Shown: positions 10,931 through 24,365, counted from the whole stretch's first letter. The stretch is 63,762 bases of DNA, filler included, from Welwitschia mirabilis (GCA_051453625.1; 6 parts of one record of this genome joined end to end with filler, not necessarily neighbours in it); one strand, 5' to 3'. Program-made: numbers and translations. The notes: generated by a model from the sequence alone, not told the origin.

Positions 10931-13900
10931 GCTAAGATAAATTACACTTTAACCAATGCTTCCTTAAGTATAATATACATATTCAATTAACTAGAATGAC
11001 TAAACCCTAATACACCTATTGTCTTGACTTAGTGTTCTTACTTACTAATCATATTTAGCATTTTTAATATGTTTATTAATCATATTAAACCTATAATAAA
11101 TTATGTTTTTAGTCTTCATTAACTATTTGCACTAGACTCATATACATACACATTTTTTATAAGCATATGAGGAAAAGAAAATTTGTCCCAAAGTAATGTT
11201 ATCTAAATGATAATTATGGGGCAACTTACTATATAATAAATCTTAAGTTATGAATTCAAGGAATATTCTAGGATGACTTCAAATCAAGAGAAGCTTATTT
11301 TCCTTAAAGAGCTTAACAAAGTAAGGGGAAGATTTATTTTAATCAATTAACAAATAAACCTCATTTCATTAAAGATAAATAAGATTTTAGAATTTCTAAT
11401 ATAAACCTATAGTTTATAATTATAATTCTAATACAATATTTATATGGTAATGATTTTAAGATAATATTTATATTGTTGTAGATATTACAGGGAATCTGTC
11501 CTATTTGACTTATTGCCATTACTAAAAACAAAGGTAATATGTATACAATTCCCAAAAAAATAAAATGCTATTACTAGAAATTGGTCACATGGCCTCCTGA
11601 GTTCTATCTTAATAGCATTTTAATAACTAATTAAGGTAAGATAAGGAATAAATTAATTACTAGATTATCATCACTTAGGACAACTACATGCAAATAGAAG
11701 GAAGACATTGCTAAGGACCTTCTGCAAGGATTTATTGATGTAAGACTTTGCATTTCTTGAGATTGCTTTTACAATAATATGATAATAGAGGAAACTCTAT
11801 TGGGTAGCATTTGAAAGGAAAGAAGTATGTGCATAAGATAAATAAAGAAAGACACATTTTAGATGGAGGAAATAGCAATGGACAGTGAAGTCAGAGGAAC
11901 ACAGTGGCAAAGCAGAGAGTAGCTTATGAGATAGACCATGCACACAAGGAAGGAGATAGTGGTGGGTAGAAAAATAGATAATATAACACGTGGATAGGTA
12001 CAAAGATACACAGACAAGCATAAACATATGTATACAAGCATAGAGAGAAGGGAAGGTGCAAATAGGAGATAGGCATGGAGAGAAGGATAGGCACAGACAA
12101 GTGCAAAGAGATGCAGATGAGCACGAGGAAAAGACAGGCACAGATGATGCACTTGTAGAAGGAGAAGCCTTAAAACAAAGAGGAGGGATAGCTATTAAAT
12201 AGGTTGACATTAAAACACTGTCATCAAATGTGAAGTAGAAGGTAGCTAATGAGTTTACATCATTGAGGGCCTACAAAGATAGTACATGCAAGAGGAAGAA
12301 AGAAGGCCTTTACTAAGGAGAAATGCTTATAATTGCTTAATAATTTTATTAAATAGACGGGATTCAACTAAAATTGCTAGAGAAAGCTTGAAATAAATTT
12401 AATAGTAATTTATTTATGGATCAATGTACTAGCCCTAAAAATTACATATTTTCTAATCATAAAGTTTACACCTAAGAAACTCTTAACTTATCATTTAATT
12501 CTTAGTTAATTTAACCATAAAGTAGAGTTACTTTTAAGGCTTAATAGTTCAGTAAATAATAAATATCCATAGCATTAATTGGAAATAAATTATCTATTAT
12601 GTATCACTATTTATTCTTGTATAAAAGAGATGCATAAAATTGAATATCATATTAACTTAACCACTATGCTATAGTTTCACTTGTAATTTATTAATACAAT
12701 AAATACTTGATGGCTATAGTATTAGCTACATTTGTTGAAAATAAAGTATATATAACTTAAGTTATGTATTACTATGTGTGAGATACATATATAAAAATAA
12801 TCCTCAAATAACTTTTACAAAAAAAAAAAAGAACTAACACAAAAATCTTTTCTTATAAGAATAAATAGGTATTTCTTTATTTCTAAGATAAAGACAAGTT
12901 TAATACTAACATCATACCAACAACTATTACAAATATTTAGAACACACAAGTGTTCTAATCATAAGCATGCAATAGAGTAAGAAAGCACATAGATGACACC
13001 TAGTTTACATTGCATTTATTAACTCTTTTTAACATCATCTTTGTAATAGTTCCTGCACATGCAAGTATGGTATGAGAACTGTTAACCATCACAGTTTTCA
13101 ATGTAAACCAAGACAATGAAATAGGGAGGCAAGAGTTCCCTAAAGTAAGATAGAAGACTACATCACAAATGACATGATTAAGATTTCTCATTAATCGATA
13201 TTATCTTCTTTAATGTTGTTTTAAAACATAATTTAAGTAATCAAGTTATACAAATCTAGGAGGGATAAAATTATCATAATTGTACATATATTTTTTTCTT
13301 TTTTCCTAGAGATACAGTCCCATGGTTATGGAACTCATAATAAATATTATTACTCTTTCATGTTTGAATAACTAGTTACCTTGACTGGATTTAGTTTTAC
13401 TATTAAGGTTAATGATCAAACAAGATGATTACATGCATGATTTATAAAAAGGCTACATAACATGAAATAGTTGCAATAGTTAATAATAAGATAGCTTAGG
13501 ATTAATAAGATTCTCATAACTGGCTCACATAAAACATCGACTCTACAAATCAATAGAAGACTCTTACAAGGTATTATTGGATGACCTTAAGGTTTTATAA
13601 ATAGTTTAGCACATATCCAATAATACAAGGAATATTACATTCATATGATATGTACAATATTCAATAAGAGATATACTACTATGTGAAAGAAAAGCTAAGA
13701 CCATGCAAAAGTACATGAGATTAGAACCATACAAGTATTTATAAAAGAAGATTGAGAACCATACTTATTCTTTAATAAACTCCAAGGTATTCCTAGATGT
13801 ATCCAAGCTCCACATGATCATAATTTGCAAGGTATACACATATGACTCTAATGGCTAGGGTACTCAAGTTTTTATAACATAGGACTAATAGTAGGACTAA

Positions 13901-14521
13901 TGATAAGGCTTAAATTCTACAAACAGTTTAGGTTCTCATAACCATCCTTTCTAAGCCTAGAGACTAGATGTAAATAATAATATAACAATATCTTACAAAT
14001 AAATCTAAATGCATGAGATAAATTACAAGAGCAAAGACTTTAGATCACATATAATTACTATTACATGAATAAACATAATTAAGAAAAATCTATATCAAAG
14101 CTGTAGTTAGTCTCCAATATAAACCAAGTGTTCAACTTTTCACCGCAATAAATAAAACTCATACATTATCAATAGTAAATTTCATAAGTAATGCAATATT
14201 TTAATGGTTATAAATGTAGTTAATATTTTAATAAATTTTAAGTGATAACATGCAGGTCCTTTAGTTTTAATATTACTTTTATCACAAATATTATTATATA
14301 TAAATAGTTAGCAACTAGAATTATTATTATTATTATTATTATTAAATTTACAAATTTAAATTAACTATCTAAATGACTAAGAAGGTTTTATAATCTTAGA
14401 AAAAAAAATCTATGCATGACAAATATCTCCCTCTTATCTCAGGTTTCCATTGTAATATATCATCCTTTCTCTCCCATGTTATCTCATCTTCTATCTGCCC
14501 TGCCCATTTAACCTTGTACAA

Positions 14522-14896
14522 TGTTGTGGTGCAAATTTATGCAATGTTCACGCCTTAATTTAAATCCTATTAATTACAAATAAGATGCACAAATATAACA
14601 CCCTAGTATAGACAGAGTGATCCGAATGTCGTAATTCCATTGAAGGCCAATGGTATGGATAACAAAGATTTGATTTAAAGAAAGAAATATGTAACCTTAA
14701 TCTACTAAATTAAATTACAATGCATGAAATTGAAATAATAATGTAACTAATCTATGAAACTAAAATAATGATGCAACTAATATACTCAAGCTCAACCTTA
14801 ACAAAGGATGCCCTCATAAATAAACCTGTCACAAATCTTAAACAACATAAACTATGAGGGATAAGTTCCTGCAAATATTGAACAAAAGGATAATTT
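14522..14896 (-). repeat. Partial Athila LTR (3' terminus of the LTR), cut by a gap
   Basis: Begins TGTTGTGGTGCAAATTTATGCAATG, homologous to 21072 onward. Confidence 0.85.
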
Positions 14897-15048
14897 NNNN
14901 NNNNNNNNNNNNNNNNNNNNNNNNNNNNNNNNNNNNNNNNNNNNNNNNNNNNNNNNNNNNNNNNNNNNNNNNNNNNNNNNNNNNNNNNNNNNNNNNNNNN
15001 NNNNNNNNNNNNNNNNNNNNNNNNNNNNNNNNNNNNNNNNNNNNNNNN

Positions 15049-16218
15049 TTAAATCCTATTAATTACAAATAAGATGCACAAATATAGCATGCTATTATAG
15101 ACAGAGTGATCCAAATGTCGTAATTCCGTTGAAGGCCAATAGTATGGATAATAAAGAGTTGATTTCAAGAAAGAAATATGTAATCTTAATCTACTAAATT
15201 AAATTACAATCCATGAAATGGAATAGTGATGAAAAAATAATCTATGAAAAGAAACAACGATGCACTTAATTTAATCAAGCTCAACCTTGACAAAGGCTGC
15301 CCTCATAATCTATATAATTAAAGACACCTGTTAAGAATCTTAAACAACATAAACTATGAGGGATAAGTTCCTGCAACTATTGATAAAAAGGATAATTCAT
15401 ATTAAAAAGTATAAAAGACATTTATATCACAAAGTAGTAATTTCTTAATAAAGGATATGCCATCCAACACGAAGGTAAGGTCTTTCTGGATTATAAGATG
15501 GTCCTTCAGTTCCAAGATCTCCTATCATGAGAAAGTCAGGTACTATTAAAGATGATTAGGGATCAAGGGGAAACCTTTATTTATAGACAGAAAAGGAAAG
15601 GGAACTGACAAAAAAGTAAAGGAGAAACTCTAGCTAACATGCAAGGGAAAGTCGCAATAAAGAGGTGAAAACTCGGGAAAACATTCTGTAAAACTATGGG
15701 AAAATAATGTCGTCTCCATGGTCATCCGAACAAAGGAGAAGACGATGAGGATTAAGAATGAGATATCTATCTAGCTTTTAGTTTAACTACTTGTGAACTG
15801 TATGCGAAGTTCTGTCAACTAGTTCTGGAGATTTTGTACACTAATGTTGTCTAGACAATAAGGTGGACGATGATATTTGATAAGAAGATCTTTAGTTTAA
15901 CTGGGAGTTATCTCGAAATAACTTTATCATCTGCTTAGTTGAAGTTTTTATCTTGACTGTCATGTGGATGATGAGGTGGATGGTAATCTTTTCTTAATCT
16001 TTTATCAGTGTGATTATTTTATCATCTGTAGAATCATGATCCAAAAATATACTCTTCTATATCTGCATGATTTGCTTGTATTTTATCTAATATTTGCATG
16101 TTTTCATCTTATACTCCTTGAGTCTCAATTGTCATAAGAACTAAGTAATTATCTATTAATTCATCTGTAAAACAACTCAAAATACCCTATGAAATACACA
16201 TAAGTTGGCATCACAACA
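15049..16218 (-). repeat. Athila 3' LTR
   Basis: Ends ...ggcatcacaaCA at 16218, directly next to the PPT, and is colinear with 21072-22281. Confidence 0.9.
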
Positions 16219-16237
16219 TAGCCCCCCACTTTGCCTT
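16219..16237 (-). promoter_or_regulatory. Polypurine tract
   Basis: Minus strand reads aaggcaaagtggggggcta immediately before the LTR TG. Confidence 0.8.
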
Positions 16238-18348
16238 ATCAGTCCTTGATAAAACTAGGTAGTAAATCATATTTACGAGCCAACTTTTAAATAATAAAAA
16301 TATCTAGGATATCTAAAGAGGGTATCTAAAATATACATATTAGTAATAAACTAAATTTCAAAAAAATTCAAAAACTAAATAACGTACTTGGTAACCATTA
16401 GAAATCGGTCATCTGGTACTATTGTCTGAATGATAATGAGGATAGAAGACTCCTCAAAAGATTTTTAAGATCTAGAACCTATGATAGAAATCATATTTTG
16501 CATTAATTATTGATAATTAGATTCTCATAATGATAAACTGTCAAATAAAAAGACGATCATGTAAAAATTAAAGAATTCTCTTTTAAAAATATGCAATCAT
16601 GTATTCTCATAATCAAAAAAATTTATATTAGAAATATGCAATACTAAAATTATATGTGTATCATGCCCCTCACTTAAAATGTGTAATGCATCTCGAATTG
16701 CTTAAAATAACAAAAATAAAAAATGAAAAAATGATTGGAAAGAAAACTACTAAATGCGTAAAGTCTTAAAAAAAGAAGAAAATGTGAAAATAACGAAAAA
16801 ATATTAGACATGAAAATAGAAGAAAAGCAGGGGAGAAATAGACATAAGGAACAAGAATAAGAATGTTTATCTATTCTAAGTACTAATGTAGCAAACTCCA
16901 AAGGAAAACATCATAACATTACCTGAGTAAAGATGCATGAAAAATGTAGTTACTCGATAAAGTTCATTTGAAAGGGCAGTGGTGATGGCGATATCCAATG
17001 TTTCAAGTCTATAGAATAATGAAGATAAAAATCAAAAGGTACTTAGAAATGGACTCATCTATTTCTACCTACAAACTCACCGAAATCTCCAAAAGTGAAG
17101 TGATCAAGTGGGAATACTAAAAGTTATACTTCTTTTGCCATGATGAGGGGAGTGCAACCACTATCACAGGAGTAAAGACCTACAAAGCATGGCCAACTGA
17201 CCTCCTAGTGGAGTTCCCATAGCTATCATATTACACTGCCAAAGGCTCCTCGTGGAAATATTTTCCCTGGTGTACTTGTGATAGGACATCATGCTTTTTA
17301 CTTTTCTTTCTTTCTTTCTTTTTTTTTTTTAAGAAACATAATAATTCTCGTAGGATCACACACTTAAGAATACTAAGGTGAATAAGTAAAGTAAAAGACA
17401 GAAAAGAACATTCCTTGATAACTTAGGATTTAACCACCATTGAAAAAAACAACACAAGAAACAAGGTATCTTCCTATAACTATAGTCCATATATAGGATA
17501 ATGTTTCAAGATTGAGTGAATCCAATCTTACCACTTATAAATGCCTAAGTATAAACTAATTATGATACTTTATAAAGTAATATACAAGTCAAGTTAAAAG
17601 ATGATCAAATAAAATCATAATTTTTAACTAAGGAGTAGGCTAAGGAAGAAATTAGGTAGGAAACAAATGATTCTATTATATTTATAGTTGTGTCTAAAAT
17701 TCATCATATCATTTCAATCATTTTTTATNNNNNNNNNNNNNNNNNNNNNNNNNNNNNNNNNNNNNNNNNNNNNNNNNNNNNNNNNNNNNNNNNNNNNNNN
17801 NNNNNNNNNNNNNNNNNNNNNNNNNNNNNNNNNNNNNNNNNNNNNNNNNNNNNNNNNNNNNNNNNNNNNNNNNNNNNNNNNNNNNNNNNNNNNNNNNNNN
17901 NNNNNNNNNNNNNNNNNNNNNNNNNNNNNNNNNNNNNNNNNNNNNNNNNNNNNNNNNNNNNNNNNNNNNNNNNNNNNNNNNNNNNNNNNNNNNNNNNNNN
18001 NNNNNNNNNNNNNNNNNNNNNNNNNNNNNNNNNNNNNNNNNNNNNNNNNNNNNNNNNNNNNNNNNNNNNNNNNNNNNNNNNNNNNNNNNNNNNNNNNNNN
18101 NNNNNNNNNNNNNNNNNNNNNNNNNNNNNNNNNNNNNNNNNNNNNNNNNNNNNNNNNNNNNNNNNNNNNNNNNNNNNNNNNNNNNNNNNNNNNNNNNNNN
18201 NNNNNNNNNNNNNNNNNNNNNNNNNNNNNNNNNNNNNNNNNNNNNNNNNNNNNNNNNNNNNNNNNNNNNNNNNNNNNNNNNNNNNNNNNNNNNNNNNNNN
18301 NNNNNNNNNNNNTTTTATGATTTGTTCTTTTACAATTTACTTTAGGTT

Positions 18349-20581
18349 TGGATGGTTCTGTAAAGATAGGGTTGGTTTTATATCTTCTTTCAAACCTAAA
18401 TCGTTTTCTAAATCTTTTTTAGTTGCATCAAAGACTCATATTAAAAATCATTTATTTCCAAAGTGACATTTTATTAATCTATTTCTAGTGTCTATGATGC
18501 AATGGGCAGTTGTGCAGAAAGATCTACCTAAAAGTAGGGGATATTCATTTTGATTCTTAACTTCTAAAAAAACTACATCTATGGGGTAGAAACCTTCCTC
18601 GATTTGAATGACCAACTCCTTTATCATACCTAAGGGTTTCTTGACAAATGAAACAGCTAACTTTAAGATAATTTCCGTAGGTTCTATTTTCTTTTCCAAT
18701 CCTAAACGTTTACAAATGTAAAAGGGCATGAGGTTAACACTAGCTCCTACATATATCAAGGCTTTCTTAATTTTTTGGTTCCATTCTAATGTGACACTAA
18801 CAATGGTTGCCCCCAGGTCTTTAAATTTTGGACACTTCTTGGAAACTAAATTACTAATAGATTAAGCTAGAAATACTTTATTAGGGATAGTTTATTTTTA
18901 TTTTCTTCTTATTAGGCCTGTCCATAGCTTAGAGTATTTAGGGTTTTCTTGTAAAAGTTTCCAAAAAAATAAGTTGATGCTTACGTCTTGCATTAAGGCT
19001 TTCAAGTAATCGTCAAATATAGGGTTTTCATTAAGCTTATTAAGCCAAGGGGTAGCAGATTTTTTTTGTTAGGAATTTTTCTTTTTATTGTTAAGTGAAG
19101 AAGGGAAGGAATGATTTGCTAAGATTTCTATGTCTTTTTTCTCATCATTATTGTCATTTTGGGAAGTTGAAGCCTTATGAGTAGGGGGAGTTATATTAAT
19201 TTCACTCCTTGTCACCATCTTACAATCTATTCATACTTTGTTAGGATTTGGTAAGGGTTGAATGGTAACAATCCTTTATGGTCTTTGGTTGGCAAGCATG
19301 GTTTGTTGTAGGATGTTTACTAGATTTTGTATGTTTGCATTTGTCTTCTCTTGAGTTTTTCTTAACTCTTTGATAGAATTCCTAAGAGGATCACTATGGT
19401 TCTGGGAGTTGGAAGGGCTTGCCATGTTATTTTAATAGTTGAATTAAAAGTTTTGATGTTTAAATCTATTTTGGTAAGATTGGGAGTTAGGATAATGTGT
19501 TTGAAAATTATTAGGTTATTCATTCATCCTATGTTGAAAATTGTGATTAGGGACTTATCTTTTGTTATAATTTTGAGTGTAGTTGGAGGGTACTTAGTTC
19601 AAAGTATGAACTTCTTCATAAATTCTCTCTTTACATGTAGGGAGTAAAGGACACTCTTTCATGATGTGATAACTATCCTCGCATAAATCACAAGTTGGAA
19701 TAATGAGTTGATTTTTTTAGTTACCACTTTAGCATCAAGGATCATCTGAGTGTATTTCTCTAAATTAGATTTGAAATCCTTAATGATGCTAGTTGGTTCA
19801 TGTTCTATTTTGGTTGTAGCTTTCTCGTCTTTGACTTAACTGAGATATTTGATGATTTGGCCTACTATTCTATTCTTTCTAAATGAAGGTTTTGGCTAAG
19901 TTTGACTTACTTTAACTAAATCTTCTAATATCTTTCAAGCATCTTCTAAAGTTTGGTTTAAGAGGTTACCTACATGAGAGAAATCTACAAGCTATTTAGT
20001 ATGACCATTTAACCTGCTATAGAAATAGTCTATTAATTCTACCTCTAAAAAGGCGTCTACTGGATTTGAATGTAAAGCCACAAAGAATCTCTCGTAAGTA
20101 GAAGCACAGTTTTCGTTAGGCAATTTTTGGAAGTTTGTAACTTCTTTCTTACATTTTCGGATGGTGGTTTCATTCATAAATATTTTGATAAAGGCTTTTT
20201 AAACTTGGCTCTAAGATTTTAGACTCTTATAAGGATTGTTCTAAGCTAAAGTTTAGTTTTATCTTATAATTTAATGGAAAAAATGACCATATAGGTTCTA
20301 TTAGTTATGCGCTTTTTACCATTTCCAGAAGTAAGGATAAGTTATTCAATTTTAGCGATGTGTTGTAGGGGGTCTTCATCAGGTTCTCCTCAAAAGGTAG
20401 GATAAGCATTTAGATTTATAAGTTCCACATTATCACTAGGACATAAGTCAAAAGGGTTTTGAATTTCAAGTCATTTATTTGCAATGAGATCTCTCAGAGT
20501 CACACAAGAAGTAGGAGTAATCGTTCCAACAATAGGGATTGGATTCAACGAGAAAGGTTGTTTTTGGTGAGAGGTTAACAT
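18349..20581 (-). pseudogene. gag: Athila gag plus aspartic protease, degenerate
   Basis: Colinear with the gag at 32638 (AYPTF.GEPDEDPLQHI, FMNETTIRK, CDLC..S.H.MKEC). Protease motifs ALIYVGASVNLMP and PLLLGRSF lie in and next to track ORF 18448..18759. Confidence 0.9.
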
Positions 20582-21050
20582 GGTATGATATTTTTCAAAA
20601 TTAAAATCAGATTCTTTTACAGAATTAAAAATAAAAAATTTTAGGAAATTTTAAAGTTTGCTTACCTAAGATATTTTGATTTTTAATTTTAAAATTTAGA
20701 AAACCTTCTCTGATATTTTCTGTGATGAACTGCCTCTTTCTCTCTGGTATTTTTTTGCCTTTTCCTAATTTTACCATTCAACTTTGATTCTTAGATGATA
20801 TCATCCTGCACATCATCCAAATGATAACCTGGATGACAGAGACAGAAAACATAGACAACCGTAGAATGAGGGAAAGAAAAAAAGGGAATAGTCATCCGAT
20901 TGTGACATTTGGACGACGAAAAGGACATTAGTGGTTAGTAAAAACTTAAAACTAAAATAAAATACTTACAGAGTACTGGTACACAGCTACTGTAGCAAAT
21001 ATCTAGAATATCCACTAAAGCAATAATAACTCTCGATTTCTAAGCATCCT

Positions 21051-21068
21051 TCCCCGACAATAGCGCCA
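21051..21068 (-). promoter_or_regulatory. Athila-type primer binding site
   Basis: Minus strand TGGCGCTATTGTCGGGGA lies 3 nt from the LTR end. It is the Athila consensus TGGCGCCGTTGCCGGGGA with transitions. Confidence 0.85.
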
Positions 21069-21071
21069 ATT

Positions 21072-22281
21072 TGTTATGGTACAAATTTATGCAATGTTTA
21101 TGCCTCGATTTAAATCTTGTTAATTACAAATAATATGCACAAATATAGAATGCTAGTATAAATGAAGTGATCCGAATGTCATAATTCCATCGAAAGCCAA
21201 TAGTATAAATAATAAAGAGTTGATTTAAAGAAAGAAATATGTAACCTTAATCTACTAAATTAAATTGTAATGCATGAAATGGAATAGTGATGCAAAAATA
21301 ATCTACGAAAAGAAACAATGATGCACCTGCTCTAATCAAGCTCAACATTAACAAAGTCTGTCCTCATAGTCTATATAATCAAAGAAACCTGTCATGAATC
21401 TTAAACAACATAAACTATGAGGGATAAGTTCCTACAATTATTGACAAAAATGATAATTCATATTAAAAAGTATAAAAGACATCTGTATCACAAAGTAGTC
21501 ATTCCTCAATGGAGGATACGCCACCCAACACCAAGGTAACATCTCTCTGGATTATAAAATGGTTCTCCAGTCCCAAGATCTCCTGTTATGAGAATGTCAA
21601 GTACTATCAAAGATGATTAGGAATCAAGGAAGAGACCTTTATTTATAGACAGAAAGGAAAAGTAAACTGACAAAAAGGTAAAGTAGAGACTTTAGCTAAC
21701 ATACAAGGGAAAGTCGCAAATAACAAGCGACAACTCAGAAATACATTCTATAAAACAATAAGAGGACAGTGTCATCCATATGGTCATCCGAATGATGGAG
21801 GAGATGACAAGGATTGAATATGAGTTATTTGTTTAGCTTTCAGTTTAACTGTCTATGGTCTTCATGCAAACTGCTATCAAATGATTCTAGAGATGTCGTC
21901 CACTAGTGTCATCTTGATGATGAGGTGGATGATGGAGCCTCATAATAAAATCTTCACTTCAACTACAAGTCATTTAGAAATAAGTCTGTTATATGCTCAA
22001 TTAAGTTGTTATCCTAACCATCGTCTAGACGACATAGGGGACGACAATCTTTTCTTCATCCTTTGTCAGTGTGATATCTTGTTGTTTGTAGGGATAATCA
22101 TTCAAAAATATAATTTATCCATATCTATATGAAATCCTCATGAATTATTTGATAAACTGCATATTTTCATCTTGTGCTCCTAGATTCTCGATTATCATAG
22201 GAACTAGGCATTTATCAGTTAGTTTATTTGTAAATCAACTCAAAATACTCTATCAAATACATCTAAGTTGGCGTCATAACA
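21072..22281 (-). repeat. Complete Athila LTR (1210 bp, TG...CA), with a PBS on one side and a PPT on the other
   Basis: TGTTATGG...gtcataaCA. The next bases, 22282-22376, repeat the PPT and 3' UTR seen from 16219 onward. Confidence 0.9.
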
Positions 22282-22476
22282 TAGTCCCCCACTTAGCCTT
22301 GTCAGTCCCTGACAAAACTAGGTGGTTGCAAGCTAACTTTTCAAATAATAAAAGCTAGGGTATGTAAAGGAAACATNNNNNNNNNNNNNNNNNNNNNNNN
22401 NNNNNNNNNNNNNNNNNNNNTTAATTAATTAANNNNNNNNNNNNNNNNNNNNNNNNNNNNNNNNNNNNNNNNNNNN

Positions 22477-24365
22477 GTCTTGACTTTCTTATCCTCTAGA
22501 TGACATTCTCATTAATGATTCATTTCCTGATGAGTAGCTTTTTGCTGTTTCTTCTTTTCATCCTCCTCCATGATATGCTGACATTGTCAACTATTTTATA
22601 ACCATGAAAACACTACAATATTAGACCTATTACCAGTGTAAATCTTTTCTCTATCGTATAGCTAACTATGAGTGGACTGAGCCATATTTGTACCATAGGC
22701 ACAAGGACCAAATTATAAGAAAATATGTGTCCAATTGGGAAATGTTTGTGGAGGACATTTTAGTGGACATAAAACTACCATGAAAATCCTTCATTCTGGT
22801 TTTTACTGGCCTTCTATTTTTCATGATTCATTTGATTTTGTTAAAAGGTATGATCCTTATCAGTGTTTTGGTAGCCTTGTTTGTTCATAGAAATTGCCCC
22901 TTAGACCTATTCTTATAAGCCTTTTGATTATTAGGGTATTGATTTTATAAGACATATTCACCCACTTTCTTTAAATAAAAATTACATTTTAGTGGCTATT
23001 AATTACGTGACTAAATGAATTGAAGCCATACCTACTTCTTTGAATGATGCTCAAACTNNNNNNNNNNNNNNNNNNNNNNNNNNNNNNNNNNNNNNNNNNN
23101 NNNNNNNNNNNNNNNNNNNNNNNNNNNNNNNNNNNNNNNNNNNNNNNNNNNNNNNNNNNNNNNNNNNNNNNNNNNNNNNNNNNNNNNNNNNNNNNNNNNN
23201 NNNNNNNNNNNNNNNNNNNNNNNNNNNNNNNNNNNNNNNNNNNNNNNNNNNNNNNNNNNNNNNNNNNNNNNNNNNNNNNNNNNNNNNNNNNNNNNNNNNN
23301 NNNNNNNNNNNNNNNNNNNNNNNNNNNNNNNNNNNNNNNNNNNNNNNNNNNNNNNNNNNNNNNNNNNNNNNNNNNNNNNNNNNNNNNNNNNNNNNNNNNN
23401 NNNNNNNNNNNNNNNNNNNNNNNNNNNNNNNNNNNNNNNNNNNNNNNNNNNNNNNNNNNNNNNNNNNNNNNNNNNNNNNNNNNNNNNNNNNNNNNNNNNN
23501 NNNNNNNNNNNNNNNNNNNNNNNNNNNNNNNNNNNNNNNNNNNNNNNNNNNNNNNNNNNNNNNNNNNNNNNNNNNNNNNNNNNNNNNNNNNNNNNNNNNN
23601 NNNNNNNNNNNNNNNNNNNNNNNNNNNNNNNNNNNNNNNNNNNNNNNNNNNNNNNNNNNNNNNNNNNNNNNNNNNNNNNNNNNNNNNNNNNNNNNNNNNN
23701 NNNNNNNNNNNNNNNNNNNNNNNNNNNNNNNNNNNNNNNNNNNNNNNNNNNNNNNNNNNNNNNNNNNNNNNNNNNNNNNNNNNNNNNNNNNNNNNNNNNN
23801 NNNNNNNNNNNNNNNNNNNNNNNNNNNNNNNNNNNNNNNNNNNNNNNNNNNNNNNNNNNNNNNNNNNNNNNNNNNNNNNNNNNNNNNNNNNNNNNNNNNN
23901 NNNNNNNNNNNNNNNNNNNNNNNNNNNNNNNNNNNNNNNNNNNNNNNNNNNNNNNNNNNNNNNNNNNNNNNNNNNNNNNNATTAATGAAAATCTCAAGTA
24001 TATATTAGCCCACTTAGATCATCTTGATGAAAAAAGAACTAATGCCATACATCATCAATTAATTCATAAATCCCAAGCAGAAATCAAACATGATAAAAGA
24101 ATTTTTCATAAAAAGTTTAAACTAGGTTAACTTATTTTGTTGTATAACACTATAGTTCATCTTTTGAATAACAAGTTAACCTCTAAATAATTAGGTTCTT
24201 ATCTTATAAAGAAAGTGCATTTTAATGACTCAGTTGAAATTTTAGATTTGGAAACTATAGAGATTCATAAGGTTAATGGACAATAATTGAAATTATATGA
24301 GGAATCTTTAGATGTAATCATGAATATGATAGAAGCATGTGTTTTAAAGGTTCCCCTCACTAAGG
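22477..24365 (+). pseudogene. pol: Gypsy pol, integrase region (gapped, degenerate)
   Basis: CGGHFSGHKTTMKILHSGFYWPSIFHDS, YILVAINYVTK*IEAIP and the C-terminal KVNGQ*LKLYEE. Colinear with 36630-37785. Confidence 0.9.

Larger units (their letters stand above)
15049..22281 (-). mobile_element. Non-autonomous Athila-lineage Ty3/gypsy element: LTR-PBS-gag-PR-(no RT/RH/INT/env)-PPT-LTR
   Basis: Two homologous LTRs (15049-16218 and 21072-22281), PBS at 21051-21068, PPT at 16219-16237. The internal region is only about 4.85 kb including a gap. Confidence 0.85.

Noticed and set aside
11797..12210. Three overlapping Cys/Leu/Ser-rich minus-strand ORFs
   Set aside because: They are a by-product of purine skew and contain no recognisable domain.
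13214..14150. Possible solo LTR of another family (tgttg...caccgcaata)
   Set aside because: There is no second copy, TSD, PBS or PPT in the window to support the boundaries.
17190..17230. tgacctcct.g..gagt.c resemblance to the 3' end of 5S rRNA (Cassandra-like), and a C-box-like atgatga nearby
   Set aside because: The match is only about 10 nt, is not kept in the sister copy at 61.26 kb, and the rest of 5S or a snoRNA layout is absent.
22421..22432. TTAATTAATTAA palindrome recurring at 22421, 39702, 52774, 60882 and 62527
   Set aside because: It is always centred in 44N+12+44N, so it is an artificial all-frame-stop scaffold linker and not biological. Orientation changes across these joins are not evidence of rearrangement.
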